Both the position numbers and the translations under genes were made by a program. Source: Naegleria gruberi (taxonomy: Eukaryota). Taken from it: a stretch of 64,000 bases of DNA. The notes under the pieces are model-generated. The model searched no databases. It had not been told where the DNA came from and saw only the letters and a list, made by a program, of their open reading frames with translations. Where the stretch lies: NCBI GenBank assembly GCA_000004985.1, contig GG738912.1. One strand, written 5' to 3'. Below are positions 48,611 to 60,219 of this stretch, one piece after another (within the stretch, counting starts at the first letter, position 1; every line of letters starts with the position of its first letter).

Positions 48611-49078
48611 TTACTTGTCCTTCGATGATTCAACTTCCTTTGTTTCCTTGGTATTAGATTCCCTTTGTTTTAGTTGAACCTTATCCTCCAAATCAATAAT
48701 CTTCTTTTCCTTCATATTAACTCCTAAAGTGATCAAAGACAAAACTGCTCCGATCATGGACATGTAAAAGTTTCTCTGTGCTCTAAATTCCTTCATTTGT
48801 CTCTGTGCTTCCAACTCAAAGGTCTTTGCAGTAGCCTTCTCAAGATGATACTTATTCATATCCGAATAGCAGAAGAAAGCCAACACTAAAAAGACAACCA
48901 ACAAGCCTAAGAAAATTGCCTTTCCAGAATCCAATTTTCTAACGAGTTTTGTCCTCAAGAAGGATGGAAGAGGAACAAATAATAGAACCAAGTTTAGGGT
49001 GGTGAGGAGAGCAAGGGCAAGAAAAACGAGATACCAACTTGACATTTTTTTTATTAAAATATTTTTAGTTGTTTCCAT
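48611..49078 (-). CDS. BAP31/BAP29-like ER membrane protein (B-cell receptor-associated protein 31 family)
   Basis: There are three TM helices, then 'KEFRAQRNFYMSMIGAVLSL' (cf. BAP31 'KLFRAQRNLYI') and a C-terminal coiled coil ending in a K/E-rich tail. The second in-frame ATG at 49045 (MSSWYLVFLAL...) may be the true start. Confidence 0.7.
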   Translation of the reverse strand: METTKNILIKKMSSWYLVFLALALLTTLNLVLLFVPLPSFLRTKLVRKLDSGKAIFLGLLVVFLVLAFFCYSDMNKYHLEKATAKTFELEAQRQMKEFRAQRNFYMSMIGAVLSLITLGVNMKEKKIIDLEDKVQLKQRESNTKETKEVESSKDK

Positions 49079-49696
49079 TCTATATGAAGAACAAATTTGG
49101 AAATTTTATAAATATTTGAAAATACGTGTAAATTATTGTAAATTATTCTTGTATACCGGGAAACGTACTTGCCAACTAGTACACGAAAAACAGCTCTTGA
49201 AACGTGCACTTGTGTGTTTAAGAATGAGAAGGTCAAAATCCTTAATATTTACTTTATTATTTACAACTTTTCCTACCCTCAAAATTTACTGTAGTTACAG
49301 TATTGTGTGACTTGTGAATTATACCACAGTGGCTTTCCTTTTTGAGTTTTTTTTGAAAATGGAGTTTGAACACTAGGTGGGTTACGTGGTGCGTATTTCA
49401 GTTACTAAAACAATATTGAATATATAGTAGTATGAAGAGTATATGATTGTATGATTTGTGAACTTGAGTAAGGAAATTATTCGAAACTAACTTCTTCTAT
49501 TTGTCACTTTTCATGGAAATTGAGATTCAATGAAATTAATTAGAATTTAAACAATAAGTGTATATATCTCCACACGTTGTAAACAACTCACACATCGCAA
49601 GAAGCCGCCTGAAACTACTGAACTTGGTTTCGAATAAATTCAACAATCATTTTCACATTTCTTCTCAATCCAAAAAAAAAAAACAATCTCAAGAAA

Positions 49697-50245
49697 ATGA
49701 AAACTATCATTCTCTCCCTTGTCCTCCTTGCTCTCCTTGCCATGACATCAGTCAATGGTCAATACCTCAGAACTTCCAGCTACACTGACTCCAAATGTTC
49801 AAGCACTATCCCAATGTTGGATCTCTACACTCCAAGTACTAACTGTACCTCCAACCCAACCTGTACTGCCAGTAACACCACCTCACTCTATTCCACTACT
49901 CAATGTACTTCAACTGTTCCTTCCATTGGTTCCAAGAATACTTTACAATTATCCATTTATTCTGACACTACTTGTGCTAGTGCTAATTTGGCTGTTTCAC
50001 AAATCTTCCCATTGGATACTTGTGTTGCTATTTCAGGTGTTGGTTCCTATAAGAGTACTGCCTGTAGATATTTGACTATTTATTATGATAGTGCCTGTAC
50101 TAGTGTTAAACAAACTGTCGATTATTCTGCATATAATGGCGTTTGTCTTTCTGGAACTAAATATGTTTGTTCTGGAGCTGAAAAGATGATTGGATCAAGC
50201 ATTATGATCGCATTGATGATTATTGTTTCATTCTTTACTTTTTAA
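49697..50245 (+). CDS. Small secreted Cys/Ser/Thr-rich protein with N-terminal signal peptide and C-terminal hydrophobic tail (GPI-anchor-type surface protein candidate)
   Basis: 'MKTIILSLVLLALLAMTSVNG' is a signal peptide. The mature part has ~14 Cys and many S/T. The C-terminus 'GSSIMIALMIIVSFFTF' is typical of a GPI signal. Confidence 0.6.
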   Translation: MKTIILSLVLLALLAMTSVNGQYLRTSSYTDSKCSSTIPMLDLYTPSTNCTSNPTCTASNTTSLYSTTQCTSTVPSIGSKNTLQLSIYSDTTCASANLAVSQIFPLDTCVAISGVGSYKSTACRYLTIYYDSACTSVKQTVDYSAYNGVCLSGTKYVCSGAEKMIGSSIMIALMIIVSFFTF

Positions 50246-50352
50246 AATAAAGTAGTATTTATAACATAAATTATTAGAATGTTGTTTTGTGACAACATAA
50301 CAAGGATTGAAGGATAAGGAACGAAAACTTTCAAGAACATGGTGAATTGAGA

Positions 50353-50889
50353 TTAGAAAGCATTAATCAACTTTTTAGCTTCAGAATCAGCAGATGGACT
50401 TTGTCTTTCATTGGCGACCTTCATAACAAGAGTCAAATTGCATTCCAAAGTGACAACCAAATCAGAACCATTAACCTTGTAAGAATAGCCAAGGAAACCA
50501 GAAGATTCCTTACTATCAGCATTGTGAACAACTCTGAAAATCAACTTTTCCAATCCCATGAATGCTTCCTTACAATCAGGATCTTGGATGAAAACCTTGG
50601 CAATTTCACTCATATTGCTCAATCTTGGACTTTCGGTTAAGAATTTGATACAATTATTCAACAAGGTATCTTCAGCAAATCTGTCACCATACTTGTACTT
50701 GGTTTCAGTTGGCAATGCTGCAAGAGAAGCCCAATCCAACAAGATGATCATCTTTGGATTGACTTGTTGAAGATTCTTGGTAGCAGGAACAAAACGATTG
50801 TTGAATAATTCACGAACTACCTTCTTGAATGCCAAACCACTTCCACATACGTTTTGGTTGAATAATTCTTCGTGAGTAAGTTGAGTCAT
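50353..50889 (-). CDS. Hypothetical protein (178 aa)
   Basis: A clean ATG ORF; no motif recognised. Confidence 0.45.
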   Translation of the reverse strand: MTQLTHEELFNQNVCGSGLAFKKVVRELFNNRFVPATKNLQQVNPKMIILLDWASLAALPTETKYKYGDRFAEDTLLNNCIKFLTESPRLSNMSEIAKVFIQDPDCKEAFMGLEKLIFRVVHNADSKESSGFLGYSYKVNGSDLVVTLECNLTLVMKVANERQSPSADSEAKKLINAF

Positions 50890-52042
50890 TTCTTAAGATT
50901 TTAATAGCTTTTGAGTTATTTCAAATATTGAATTTGTTTTTTGATTTGTTTAATAACTCCTGTGAATGGTAAATTGATTTTATAGCAAATTTTAATGACT
51001 AAGATTACAATAGTTACAATGGAGTTTAATAGAGTTCAAATGTTTTCTGAGAATTGAAGTGATTGAACAATTGTGGAACAACCTTATTGAGAAGTCAGTA
51101 AGAGGAATGGTAACACCTCAGTTTCTTTAGAATGCATCTTACTATCGAATAGGATGGAAACAGCAAAAATTGGATATGGAAAAGGGAGGATATTAGTTTA
51201 CAATATTCTCATTTAACCGTAAGGATAGCATAACTGCTAATAATTGGGAACTCATTGTAACTTGTGTAATCACTAAATTGATAACACTAAAAAATTAGCA
51301 CTTCATGTAGACATGCACACATGTACAATCATCATGCATGATTTTGAAATACGAGTTTACATGAATAGTTATTGAATCAACATCTCAATTTTATTGAAAA
51401 TATCAAGAATTGGAATTTAAAGCAACATGTGGTTTTTCGAATAGATTACTCTTCATGTCGTGTTCTTATTGGTTGAATTCAGGTAAAACTTCACTCATTT
51501 GACAACTTGTTCTGATGATGTAAGGGATTGAGTATGTATGTTATTTTGAAACAGTTTATAATGTCTCTGATTTCGAACAATTAAGAGATTAAACAAGTTT
51601 TAAAGAGTGTGTTTTCTTCTGGTTGCGTTGACCAGAATCATTGTTTCACATGCAAGAGCTTCATATTTATGTGAATTGTAAACAAAATACATCGTGTTAA
51701 TTCATATTAGGATGCCATCTTTTTAACAAATACATCTATTATGATATTTCATTAAATATATGATCAATCAATACATAGTAGAATGCTCTTAGAAGTCATA
51801 GTAGAAGGATCATTGAAATCAAATAGCTGCTCCACAGTTTAAAGAAAAAAAAGCGGCAAAAAATTAAATCCAAAAAAAAATTCAAAAATCTGCTTTTCAC
51901 TCGCGCCGTTTATTGTTTTTTGATTTTCATCATCTACGAGGATAGTGCAGCAATTTAAATAATTCATCATCCATATTTTGTATAGATAGTAATAATAATA
52001 ATAATATTTATTTTTTTGATATAATATATAGCGATCATCATC

Positions 52043-52741
52043 ATGGCTCTTTATTATCAACAATATTATAATGCCTCACAATTAAATAATTCTACCAATC
52101 AGAATAATCATAACAATTTTCAATTACCAGTGTATGAAGGAAGTTATTTACATCCGTATTCAAAGTTGAGCTCTGATGGGTGTTCTAACTTGATCTTGTC
52201 GCAATATGCTGCTCCAAACTCATCACCTATTTCACTGGGAGAAATTACACAAATCACCAATGAAGTTAACACAATAGTTGATCAGGTGTATAACTCTGTG
52301 AAAATGTATGATTATATTTATTGGACTACATTTATTATTAGTATGGTATTGGCCATACCAACAATGGGTTTATCAGTGTTTGGAATTATATTTGTCATGT
52401 TCTTGCCAATGATGAAGGCACAAAAGATTATCACCAAGTTGAACAATGTTGCCAAACCACAAATTCAACAAGTATTGGAAAGGAAGAATCAAGAAAGATT
52501 TGAACCAGCTGGTTTGCAATGGTGTGTTGGTTACAGACAAATTTTGGTTGCTATCGTTGCTAACAGATATAACAATACTCCAAAATTTGAAACATCCATC
52601 GATATTAGTTTGAGACCAGTTCTCAGACAACCTGTTGTCATGGTAGTTCAACAACCACAACCTGTATATAACGTCCCACAACCAATGGTTCAACAACCAT
52701 TCAATCCAAATCAACAACCAATCGCTGCTGAACAAAAATAA
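52043..52741 (+). CDS. Hypothetical membrane protein (2 TM) with Q/P-rich C-terminus
   Basis: The TM hairpin is 'WTTFIISMVLAIPTMGLSVFGIIFVMFLPMM'. The C-terminus is 'QQPQPVYNVPQPMVQQPFNPNQQP'. Confidence 0.45.
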   Translation: MALYYQQYYNASQLNNSTNQNNHNNFQLPVYEGSYLHPYSKLSSDGCSNLILSQYAAPNSSPISLGEITQITNEVNTIVDQVYNSVKMYDYIYWTTFIISMVLAIPTMGLSVFGIIFVMFLPMMKAQKIITKLNNVAKPQIQQVLERKNQERFEPAGLQWCVGYRQILVAIVANRYNNTPKFETSIDISLRPVLRQPVVMVVQQPQPVYNVPQPMVQQPFNPNQQPIAAEQK

Positions 52742-52898
52742 ATTATTCCTTCCTTAATATATTTATTATATTATTATATTAAATAGTACAGTTACAATTC
52801 AATTCCAAAGTTCAATTATACATTATTGAACTTGATTCAAGTAGATCAGCCACTATGCATTCATCAAAACATTCAATTAATATCATCTGCAAAGAAAA

Positions 52899-54560
52899 AT
52901 GTCCACAACCAACAACACTCTCAAGAAAGCCCTCTTGTGGTTCCGAAATGATTTACGTCTTCACGATAATGAAAGTCTCATCAAAACTCTTCGACTTGCA
53001 AACTCATCCAATAATAACACATCAAAGGTTGGAGTATTGCCACTCTATTGCTTTGATCCGAGACATTTTGGATTCTCTAGGATTGGTAAATTCAGAAAGG
53101 CCAATGCAAATAGAACTCGTTTCCTTACTGAATCAGTTGACAATTTGAGAAAGAATTTGATGAATGAATGGGGACTCAAGTTGATGATTCAAATAGGACA
53201 CCCAGAGGAGATTATTCCACATTTGTGTTCTCAATATGAAATTGAACAGGTTTTTGCAGATAAGGAAGTAACAAGTGAGGAAACAAGTATTGAACAAGTG
53301 TTGGAAAAACAAATCAATGTGAATTATTCTTATGGATTTTCAATGGTTCATGTTGAGGATTTACCATTCAAAATAGAAAACCTTCCTCATGTTTTTACTG
53401 ATTTTAGGAGAAAGGTCGAAAATCCAAAGCTCATAGTGAGACCACTTCTTCAATTGAGTCCAAACGAAAAGAAACTAATCTCATCACGAGTAGTTAACCT
53501 CATCCAAGATGAAAATGCACTTGGTAAAACACCAGATTTGAAAGTTTTAGGATATACAGATGAGGAAATCTCAGAAATGATGGAAAATCTCAAAGATCCT
53601 CGTTCAGTTCTCCACTTCAAGGGAGGTGAGGATGAAGCTCTTGCTCGCCTCAATGACTATCTCTGGACACAGGACAGACTGAAAACATATAAGGAAACCA
53701 GAAATGGTCTCGTTGGAGAGGCATACAGTAGTAAGCTGAGCCCATGGCTTTCACTCGGTTGCATTTCACCTCGTAAAATTTATCACGAAGTGAAAAGATA
53801 TGAAAAGGAAAGAGTTGAAAATGACAGCACTTATTGGTTGATTTTTGAATTATTGTGGAGAGATTACTTTAGATTCTTTGCTGAAAAGTTTGGAAATCAT
53901 ATTTTCATGTTGAAAGGTGTCACTCGTGCTTCATCGAAAAGGAAGGGTCTGATTGGAGATAGCTCTTCCAATAAGGTAGAATCGAAATATGACGAAACTC
54001 GATGGAAACAAGATTTAAAATTGTTCAAATTGTGGGCAGATGGTAAAACTGGTCTTCCATTCGTTGATGCCAACATGAGAGAGCTCAAAATTTCAGGTTG
54101 GATGAGTAATAGAGGTCGTCAAAATGTTGCCAGTTTCCTCAGTAAGGATTTGAATTTGGATTGGAGATTGGGAGCTGAATATTTTGAAAGCTTACTATTG
54201 GACCATTCAGTGACGAGTAATTGGGGTAATTGGCTCTATGCTGCTGGTGTTGGTGATGTGGATCCGAGAGGAGAGGCCAGATATTTCAATGTTGTGAAAC
54301 AGGGCTTTGATTATGATTTCAATGGAGAGTTTGTCAAGTTGTGGATTCCTGAGCTTGATCAGGTTCCCCAACGATGCATTCATGCACCTTACTTGATGAG
54401 TGAGTCTGAGCAGACGAATGCTAAATGTACTATTGGAGTGGATTATCCTAAATCATTGGTGAATGTGAAGGCTCATCATCATTTGAATGAGAATGGAGTC
54501 AAGGCAAATTATAAACATAAAACTGGTAAGGCCAATGAAAGGGAGAGAAAAATCAGATAA
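52899..54560 (+). CDS. Cryptochrome/DNA photolyase family protein (CRY-DASH-like)
   Basis: The N-terminal photolyase domain is 'LLWFRNDLRLHDNESL'. The FAD-binding domain is '...WRDYFRFF...GKTGLPFVDANMRELKISGWMSNRGRQNVASFLSKDLNLDWRLGAEYFESLLLDHSVTSNWGNWLYAAGVG'. Confidence 0.85.
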   Translation: MSTTNNTLKKALLWFRNDLRLHDNESLIKTLRLANSSNNNTSKVGVLPLYCFDPRHFGFSRIGKFRKANANRTRFLTESVDNLRKNLMNEWGLKLMIQIGHPEEIIPHLCSQYEIEQVFADKEVTSEETSIEQVLEKQINVNYSYGFSMVHVEDLPFKIENLPHVFTDFRRKVENPKLIVRPLLQLSPNEKKLISSRVVNLIQDENALGKTPDLKVLGYTDEEISEMMENLKDPRSVLHFKGGEDEALARLNDYLWTQDRLKTYKETRNGLVGEAYSSKLSPWLSLGCISPRKIYHEVKRYEKERVENDSTYWLIFELLWRDYFRFFAEKFGNHIFMLKGVTRASSKRKGLIGDSSSNKVESKYDETRWKQDLKLFKLWADGKTGLPFVDANMRELKISGWMSNRGRQNVASFLSKDLNLDWRLGAEYFESLLLDHSVTSNWGNWLYAAGVGDVDPRGEARYFNVVKQGFDYDFNGEFVKLWIPELDQVPQRCIHAPYLMSESEQTNAKCTIGVDYPKSLVNVKAHHHLNENGVKANYKHKTGKANERERKIR

Positions 54561-54657
54561 AATTCCATATAATATTATGATAATTATACCAATATTCTAA
54601 ATTTTCTAAAAGAAGTTATTATATTTTGTACATTTTTGGTTAATTAGTTCATTTGAA

Positions 54658-55296
54658 TTATTTCAAATTCATAACTCGTCTCATTAATTCGTCATCATCC
54701 TCAATTTCATCCAAATCCTTTTCTTTTCGTGAAGCTTTTAGAGCAGAAGATCCAGTCTTGGCACCTGATAATTTTCCACTCACTTCCAATCCAATTTCAT
54801 CATAAATTTGTTCCATTGCTTCATCTACTTCTTCCTCTTCATCTTGGAACATATCATCCAAAGCATCATCCATCATTTCTTCAGTCATACTTGTCTTTTC
54901 TTGTGCCTGTTGGAATTCCATCATTGTCTTTTGCATATCTTGAAGATTCATTTGTTGATTCATCTTTTGCATGACATTTCCAGTTGCCTTGATAGCTCCA
55001 ACCATTTTATCTTGTGCTTGCATGGATGTTGCTTTGAACTGCACTGTATTCATTGTTTGTTTCATCTTTCCCATTCGTTCTTGTTGTTTTCTTAAATTTA
55101 CAATTTGTTTAGCAAGAGTTTTGGCAGTTGTCTGATCTCCTTTCTCAAGAGCCCTCTTTACTTGAATTTGAAGCTTTTGCTCTTCTGTTTTTAATTTATT
55201 AGCCTCTCTGTCCATATCCCGAGTACCAGAACGAAGTTCCTTCTTTTGCTCCTTCAACAATTCTTGATTGGTTTTTGCTTTCTCAAAGAGTGGCAT
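54658..55296 (-). CDS. ESCRT-III subunit CHMP2/Vps2 (Snf7 family)
   Basis: 'MPLFEKAKTNQELLKEQKKELRSGTRDMDRE..KLKTEEQKLQIQVKRALEKGD' and '...MMEFQQAQEKTSMTEEMMDDALDDMFQDEEEE...' follow the CHMP2A pattern (MMEFERQAEIMDMKEEMMNDAIDDAMGDEED). The C-terminus is MIM-like, 'DDDELMRRVMNLK'. Confidence 0.85.
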   Translation of the reverse strand: MPLFEKAKTNQELLKEQKKELRSGTRDMDREANKLKTEEQKLQIQVKRALEKGDQTTAKTLAKQIVNLRKQQERMGKMKQTMNTVQFKATSMQAQDKMVGAIKATGNVMQKMNQQMNLQDMQKTMMEFQQAQEKTSMTEEMMDDALDDMFQDEEEEVDEAMEQIYDEIGLEVSGKLSGAKTGSSALKASRKEKDLDEIEDDDELMRRVMNLK

Positions 55297-55331
55297 AGTG
55301 TATTTACAAATTTATATTAAAAGGATGAATA

Positions 55332-55366
55332 TTATTTGGATTATTTGGATTATTTGGATTGTTTAG
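55332..55366. repeat. Microsatellite (ATTTGGATT)x3-4
   Basis: 'atttggattatttggattatttggattgtttagat' lies ~40 nt upstream of the CHMP2 start (minus strand). Confidence 0.8.
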
Positions 55367-55660
55367 ATATAGTACAATGGTATCCGATAGTTTTTAGCAG
55401 TATCAAATCACTCTCCTATTTTAAAATTAGCAATTTGTTGTTTGGTGTGATGAAAAATCTCCTTGTTGCAATTTTTTTGTTTTTATTTTTAAATTTTTTA
55501 AAGTTGTTTGCTGTTGAGAAATTGGAAATGAAATGGAAGAAGGAAGAGAGGAACAAGTTCAATTTGGTGTGGTTTCAAGTTTTTTAACAATTTCACAAAT
55601 GAAAGTGATTGGAGCAGGTTTAAATATAATATTTGAAATGTTTAATTCAATAGAGGGTGA

Positions 55661-56998
55661 TTAAATGTTAGCAAGAATGCTTCCTTGAGTTTGTTCCTCA
55701 TAGGTCAAATTATTTTCCTTCAAATAGGTCAAAACTGCTGGTTTGATTTTAGGTCCAGAAGCATCAGAGTGATTACCAGCACCATAGATGATGGTTAATT
55801 GATTGATGGATTGACTCTTTAACTTTTCAATTCTTTGTTTCAAGAAATTCATGGCAGCATCAACATATTGTCCATGCAAATCAATTTCAGTTTCTGGTCT
55901 GTCCTTATTGAGATGATCATACATGACATTGGCACTTTCTTCTTGATATTGCTTCATCAATGATTGAGCATGCTTTCCTTCATTACTCAATTGGGATGCA
56001 AGACCTTTATCTCCTTCTTCAAAGGCCTTCTTGGCATTCTCAAATGAAGAAGCCATAATTTGAGCTTGTTCTTGAATCTTCTTTTCCAATTCCTTGAATA
56101 ATTTCATTGATTCAGTCAAGTGTTCAACAAATTGATTTTCATTCTTATCAAATTCCCATCCATAAACCTTCAATTCATCACGCAATTTAATATAAGTCTT
56201 TTCTAAATCGAATCCTTCTCCATTGGCAGTAATTGTAACTAATGTGCTGTCATCATCGATTGGTGACATGTCAATTTTTGATTGTGTTTCATCTTTGATC
56301 TTGTTAATAGTAGCTCCCTTTTGACCAATCAAATACTTGGAAATGTGAGATGGTTTGATAACGAATGAACTCTTTTCGACATCCAAATTCGAAACAAATT
56401 CTCTTTCTTGTTCAGATGATTCTGTAACAACAGCAACCACTGGTTTAGTTTCTTCTTCCTTTTGAACTTCAACTGGAGTTTCGTCAACAGCAGCAACAGG
56501 CTCTTCTGGGACAAATTCATTACTTTCTTGAACTGTATTAGAAACAACAACTGGTGTGGTTTCTTCAACAAATTCATTGGTAGAAATTTCTTCTTCCTTT
56601 TCAATTTCGACTGGGGTTTCGACAAGTGTTGTAGCAACTGGTTCTTCCTTCTTTTCGGCAACAATTGGGGTTACCTTTTCAATGACAACTTCTGTTGGTT
56701 TAGTTTCGGCAGCAACAACAACTGATGGTTTTTCAACTTTTTCAATAACAGGTTTTGTTTTTTGATCATCAACTTTCAAAGGTGCATCTTTTGTGGATGA
56801 TGAAACAGCAGTAGCAGTAGTAGTTGTTGTATTCTTTGGAGTTTCCTTCTTATTGTTAGCTGATGAATTTTCGTCAACTTTCTTAGCAGCACCAGAAGAT
56901 GCAGAAGAACTAGTAGTTGATGGAGAAAAGATGGCTACCAAATACTTGGTCAAGATCGGAAAACCAGCAAGGAATAATATCAAAATGAGTGGCAACAT
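55661..56998 (-). CDS. KH-domain and Smr-domain protein with N-terminal signal/anchor
   Basis: The ORF runs to 57199, but the first ATG before the hydrophobic 'MLPLILILFLAGFPILTKYLVAIF' is at 56998. The KH domain is 'YLIGQKGATINKIKDETQSKIDM'. The Smr domain is 'IDLHGQYVDAAMNFLKQRIEKL...LTIIYGAGNHSDASGPKIKPAVLTYL'. The middle is S/T/E/V-rich and disordered. Confidence 0.75.
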   Translation of the reverse strand: MLPLILILFLAGFPILTKYLVAIFSPSTTSSSASSGAAKKVDENSSANNKKETPKNTTTTTATAVSSSTKDAPLKVDDQKTKPVIEKVEKPSVVVAAETKPTEVVIEKVTPIVAEKKEEPVATTLVETPVEIEKEEEISTNEFVEETTPVVVSNTVQESNEFVPEEPVAAVDETPVEVQKEEETKPVVAVVTESSEQEREFVSNLDVEKSSFVIKPSHISKYLIGQKGATINKIKDETQSKIDMSPIDDDSTLVTITANGEGFDLEKTYIKLRDELKVYGWEFDKNENQFVEHLTESMKLFKELEKKIQEQAQIMASSFENAKKAFEEGDKGLASQLSNEGKHAQSLMKQYQEESANVMYDHLNKDRPETEIDLHGQYVDAAMNFLKQRIEKLKSQSINQLTIIYGAGNHSDASGPKIKPAVLTYLKENNLTYEEQTQGSILANI

Positions 56999-57299
56999 TT
57001 TTTTTTGATGAGTGTTGAAGAGGATGAATTTTTTAAAAAAGTAAAGTGAGCCATAAAACGGCGGGAAAGATGTCCTTAATAGGACTTTTAATTGGTTGTC
57101 AATAATTTGATGGGTTCGAGTGTGAAATACATGTAAGTTATTGTAAATAAATTGAATAGATATCGAGTGTGGAATTAAGAGTGGCTGATGAGTATCCAAC
57201 TTTGGAAGAGTTTAGATTCTTTATGGATGTCGCTTTTATTTGTTTGGAAATGAACAGTTTACAATGAGTGTATTAGAAATCAGGTCATCAGTTGTTTTA

Positions 57300-58940
57300 T
57301 TATTCAATATTTGATGGTTGGTTTCTTGAAGCATTCACTACTTCACTCATGGATCGTAAAAGAGTTTCATTTTGTAATTGAACTATCTTGTATCTATTGT
57401 TTAAAAGTGTCAACGCTTTCAAATCTTTGGAAACTATTTCAAAATAATCAATTTTCTTTGGATTTCCATCTGGTCCAATTCCCAACTGATTGTTTTCTCT
57501 CGTTCCTGATTGAATACTTTTAGCAATTTGAAGGTTGACACGGGCTGCCAAAATGAAATATGGAATTAAGATAGGAGAGGTTGCAGAAAAGAAAATATTT
57601 CCAGTGAGATGTGAAATTTTCAAGCTTGCTTCCTCAATTAATTCCTTTCCAGTGGTAGCTCTTATCAAAATTCCAATTTGAATTCCATTATAGAAAATAT
57701 CTCTGGTAAAGAATAGTCCATCGTAGTAATGTTTCTTATTAGCTGGTTTCTTAATATCAATTACTGTCTTACACAATTCGACCATTTGATTGAATAAGGA
57801 TTCAGAAACTGCGATGATTTCATTACAGTTTTGTGGTGTGATGGATTGTTCGAAAAGAGCCGAAACATATTTTGGAAGAAAAGTTCCACTAGCAAATTCG
57901 TATAATTTTGGAATATTTCGAATGGCAAGATCGAAATCCGAATGGAAAACTACCATATGCTCAAATACTCCAAGTGTCTTGAGTAGTCCCTGTTCCTCAG
58001 GTGTCATTTCCAATCTTTCCTTTTCACTTTTGCTTGTAAAATAAAATTTCACACTATTCATGTAATAATTCGAAAGTTGCAAATTTCCATTTCCAATTTC
58101 TACAATTGCCAAATTGAGATACGCAGAAGAAACTACTAAGGAAGGCGCCTTATTGATTAAAGCAAGTTTCTTTCTGCAATTTAGAGCACTATCATTAGAA
58201 ATCTCGCTTCTCCCAAGGAATTGTTCAACCACTGATTTTGCACTATAAAAGAAAGCTTCCATTTCTAATTTAATTTCTTGATTAGTTTCGTCTTGATCTT
58301 GTAAAATTAATTTACGTAATTCTTCCTTATTAACAGTGGTTAAGATCCAGTTCACTGCGAAATAGAAATCAATTGTGTTAGATTTCGTCAAGCTTGGCGT
58401 TTTATGAAAGAATGAGGGATGTGAGGATTCTTCAGGACTTGGTTTCGTCTTTTTTCGGCTACTTTCTTCAGTTTTTTGTTTTCTTTTGGATTCTCTATAT
58501 TCACATGGAATTCCTCTTGATACACATCTATCACAGGATGGTTTAGTTCTACCTATTTTCGAATAAATTCAAAAAAATTCTAATTTCAAAAACTTACTAC
58601 AATATTTGTGCATCTTTCTACATCTGACACATGCAATAATATTATTACCATCACTACTCGTTTCTGCTTCCACATTTTCATTAGTTTCCTTATTTTGTTC
58701 CTCTGAGGATGAAGGAGACGAATTATCCGAAGGTCTTTCCAATAAACTTTCCAATGGTTGTTGACAATCAAGAATATTTCCATTATTTTCAACAAGTTGT
58801 TGTTCATCCATATTCAATTCGTTACCAGTTCCCAAATTATTTGTTGTCCACAAATTCAATCCCAAAGCAGCCAACAAGTTTGGACTAAACTGAAGCGAAT
58901 CCAATTCGTTTCCTCCCATTAGAAACCATTCCTCACTCAT
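57300..58940 (-). CDS. Zn(II)2Cys6 binuclear-cluster (GAL4-type) DNA-binding protein, 2 exons
   Basis: Exon 1 is 58940-58598; the intron is 58553-58597 (45 nt, GTAAGT..AATAG); exon 2 is 58552-57300. The spliced product '...ACVRCRKMHKYC|SRTKPSCDRCVSRGIPCEY...' fits CxxCRxxKxKCxxxxPxCxxCxxxxxxC exactly. The cluster is split by the intron. The track shows the two halves as separate ORFs (58569-58940 and 57300-58391, the latter starting at TTG). Confidence 0.8.
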
Positions 58941-59145
58941 TTTAGCATCAATGTAGGGTGCAGTTAGTTATTTGATTTTTTTTAATGTTGTAAATATTAC
59001 GTAGCCAACCAAAGGAGGAAAGGAGACGAAACCGCGGACATTGTTATTGGAATGTTTGTCGTTCCTCCTACTTTTTGTTAGAACCATGCAGTTCTTTCTT
59101 CTTGTAAAAATAAGGAAGGTTTATCAAACAATTTAATAAGGAAAA

Positions 59146-60219
59146 TTAGAAAATCTTCTTTTCTAAAACTTGTTTTCCCATCTCTTCATATTCACGTTTG
59201 GAAATTAGAGAAAATTGTGTGAAAGAGGCAAGAATTGAACCTCCGACCCAAGCACTATTTTCAATGCTTGGCAAGACTGATACATTTCCAATGCGATGGA
59301 AGGCACGTGTGACTTCAGCGTCCAATCTCTTATCAAATCCTTCGAGCAGAGTATTTCCTCCATTGAGAATGAGTGTTCCTGACCTTTCGTCTTTGGATCC
59401 ATCACTCAATGGAATTCGATAATAGACGAAAGAACTGAATTCTTCATCTTGGAAAAGACTTTCAGTACAAGCAAGACGAGTAGAGGCAAACACTCGCACA
59501 GTATTCCCATCTGGAAGCTCGAAATTGGTCAATTCAGGTAATTGGAACCTAGTTGTTGACACACTCTTTCCAGACCTTGCAAGATGTGCAAGAGTTTCTT
59601 TTGCCATTCTTGCAAATTTCATTCGTGTATATTCATCATAGTTTGATGAGTCAGAAAATTCCATTCCTTCGAGCATGACTTGTGTTAAATCTCTTCCTGC
59701 TTTCGAATATTTCTCTGTCGTATGAGGAATTAAACGACCTTCATGAATAGACAAAACATAGGTCAGTTCATCTCCACTCGTTAAAACTGTTGCTTTGGTT
59801 TCACCATGAGCAAAAGAAGATGCTACACAGTTTTGTATAAAATTCAATCCAGATAATCCCAAACTTTCCAATATAATTTCTGAACTTTTCATTCTATCTG
59901 AATGTTCTGTAAAAGGATGATCAAATAAAAGAATTGAATAATCACTCCAATCCGATTTCTCTCCCAACTGTTTACTCATTCCGTGATGAAATATGAGCTC
60001 TGCATCTTGCCAATTGTCAATCATTCCTTCCTTGACAGGTTTCGTCAATTCCATTTCTTCTTTTCCATATAATTCGTCTACTTTCTCACCAACAATCTCC
60101 TTCCCATTATTCAATCTCCCAACAAGTGTCTGAAAGATATGTTCTGGTGTTTCATCTCCAGCCATTCCGACTCTTGTATTGAGCGAGCCCATTTCGAATA
60201 CAATTACTGGTCTTTGCAT
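59146..60219 (-). CDS. Actin-related protein (divergent actin fold)
   Basis: Actin-fold signatures 'VIVFEMGSLNTRVGMAGDETP' and '...TLILNGGNTLLEGFDKRL...SAWVGGSILAS' are present. It is too divergent to be conventional actin. Confidence 0.7.
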   Translation of the reverse strand: MQRPVIVFEMGSLNTRVGMAGDETPEHIFQTLVGRLNNGKEIVGEKVDELYGKEEMELTKPVKEGMIDNWQDAELIFHHGMSKQLGEKSDWSDYSILLFDHPFTEHSDRMKSSEIILESLGLSGLNFIQNCVASSFAHGETKATVLTSGDELTYVLSIHEGRLIPHTTEKYSKAGRDLTQVMLEGMEFSDSSNYDEYTRMKFARMAKETLAHLARSGKSVSTTRFQLPELTNFELPDGNTVRVFASTRLACTESLFQDEEFSSFVYYRIPLSDGSKDERSGTLILNGGNTLLEGFDKRLDAEVTRAFHRIGNVSVLPSIENSAWVGGSILASFTQFSLISKREYEEMGKQVLEKKIF

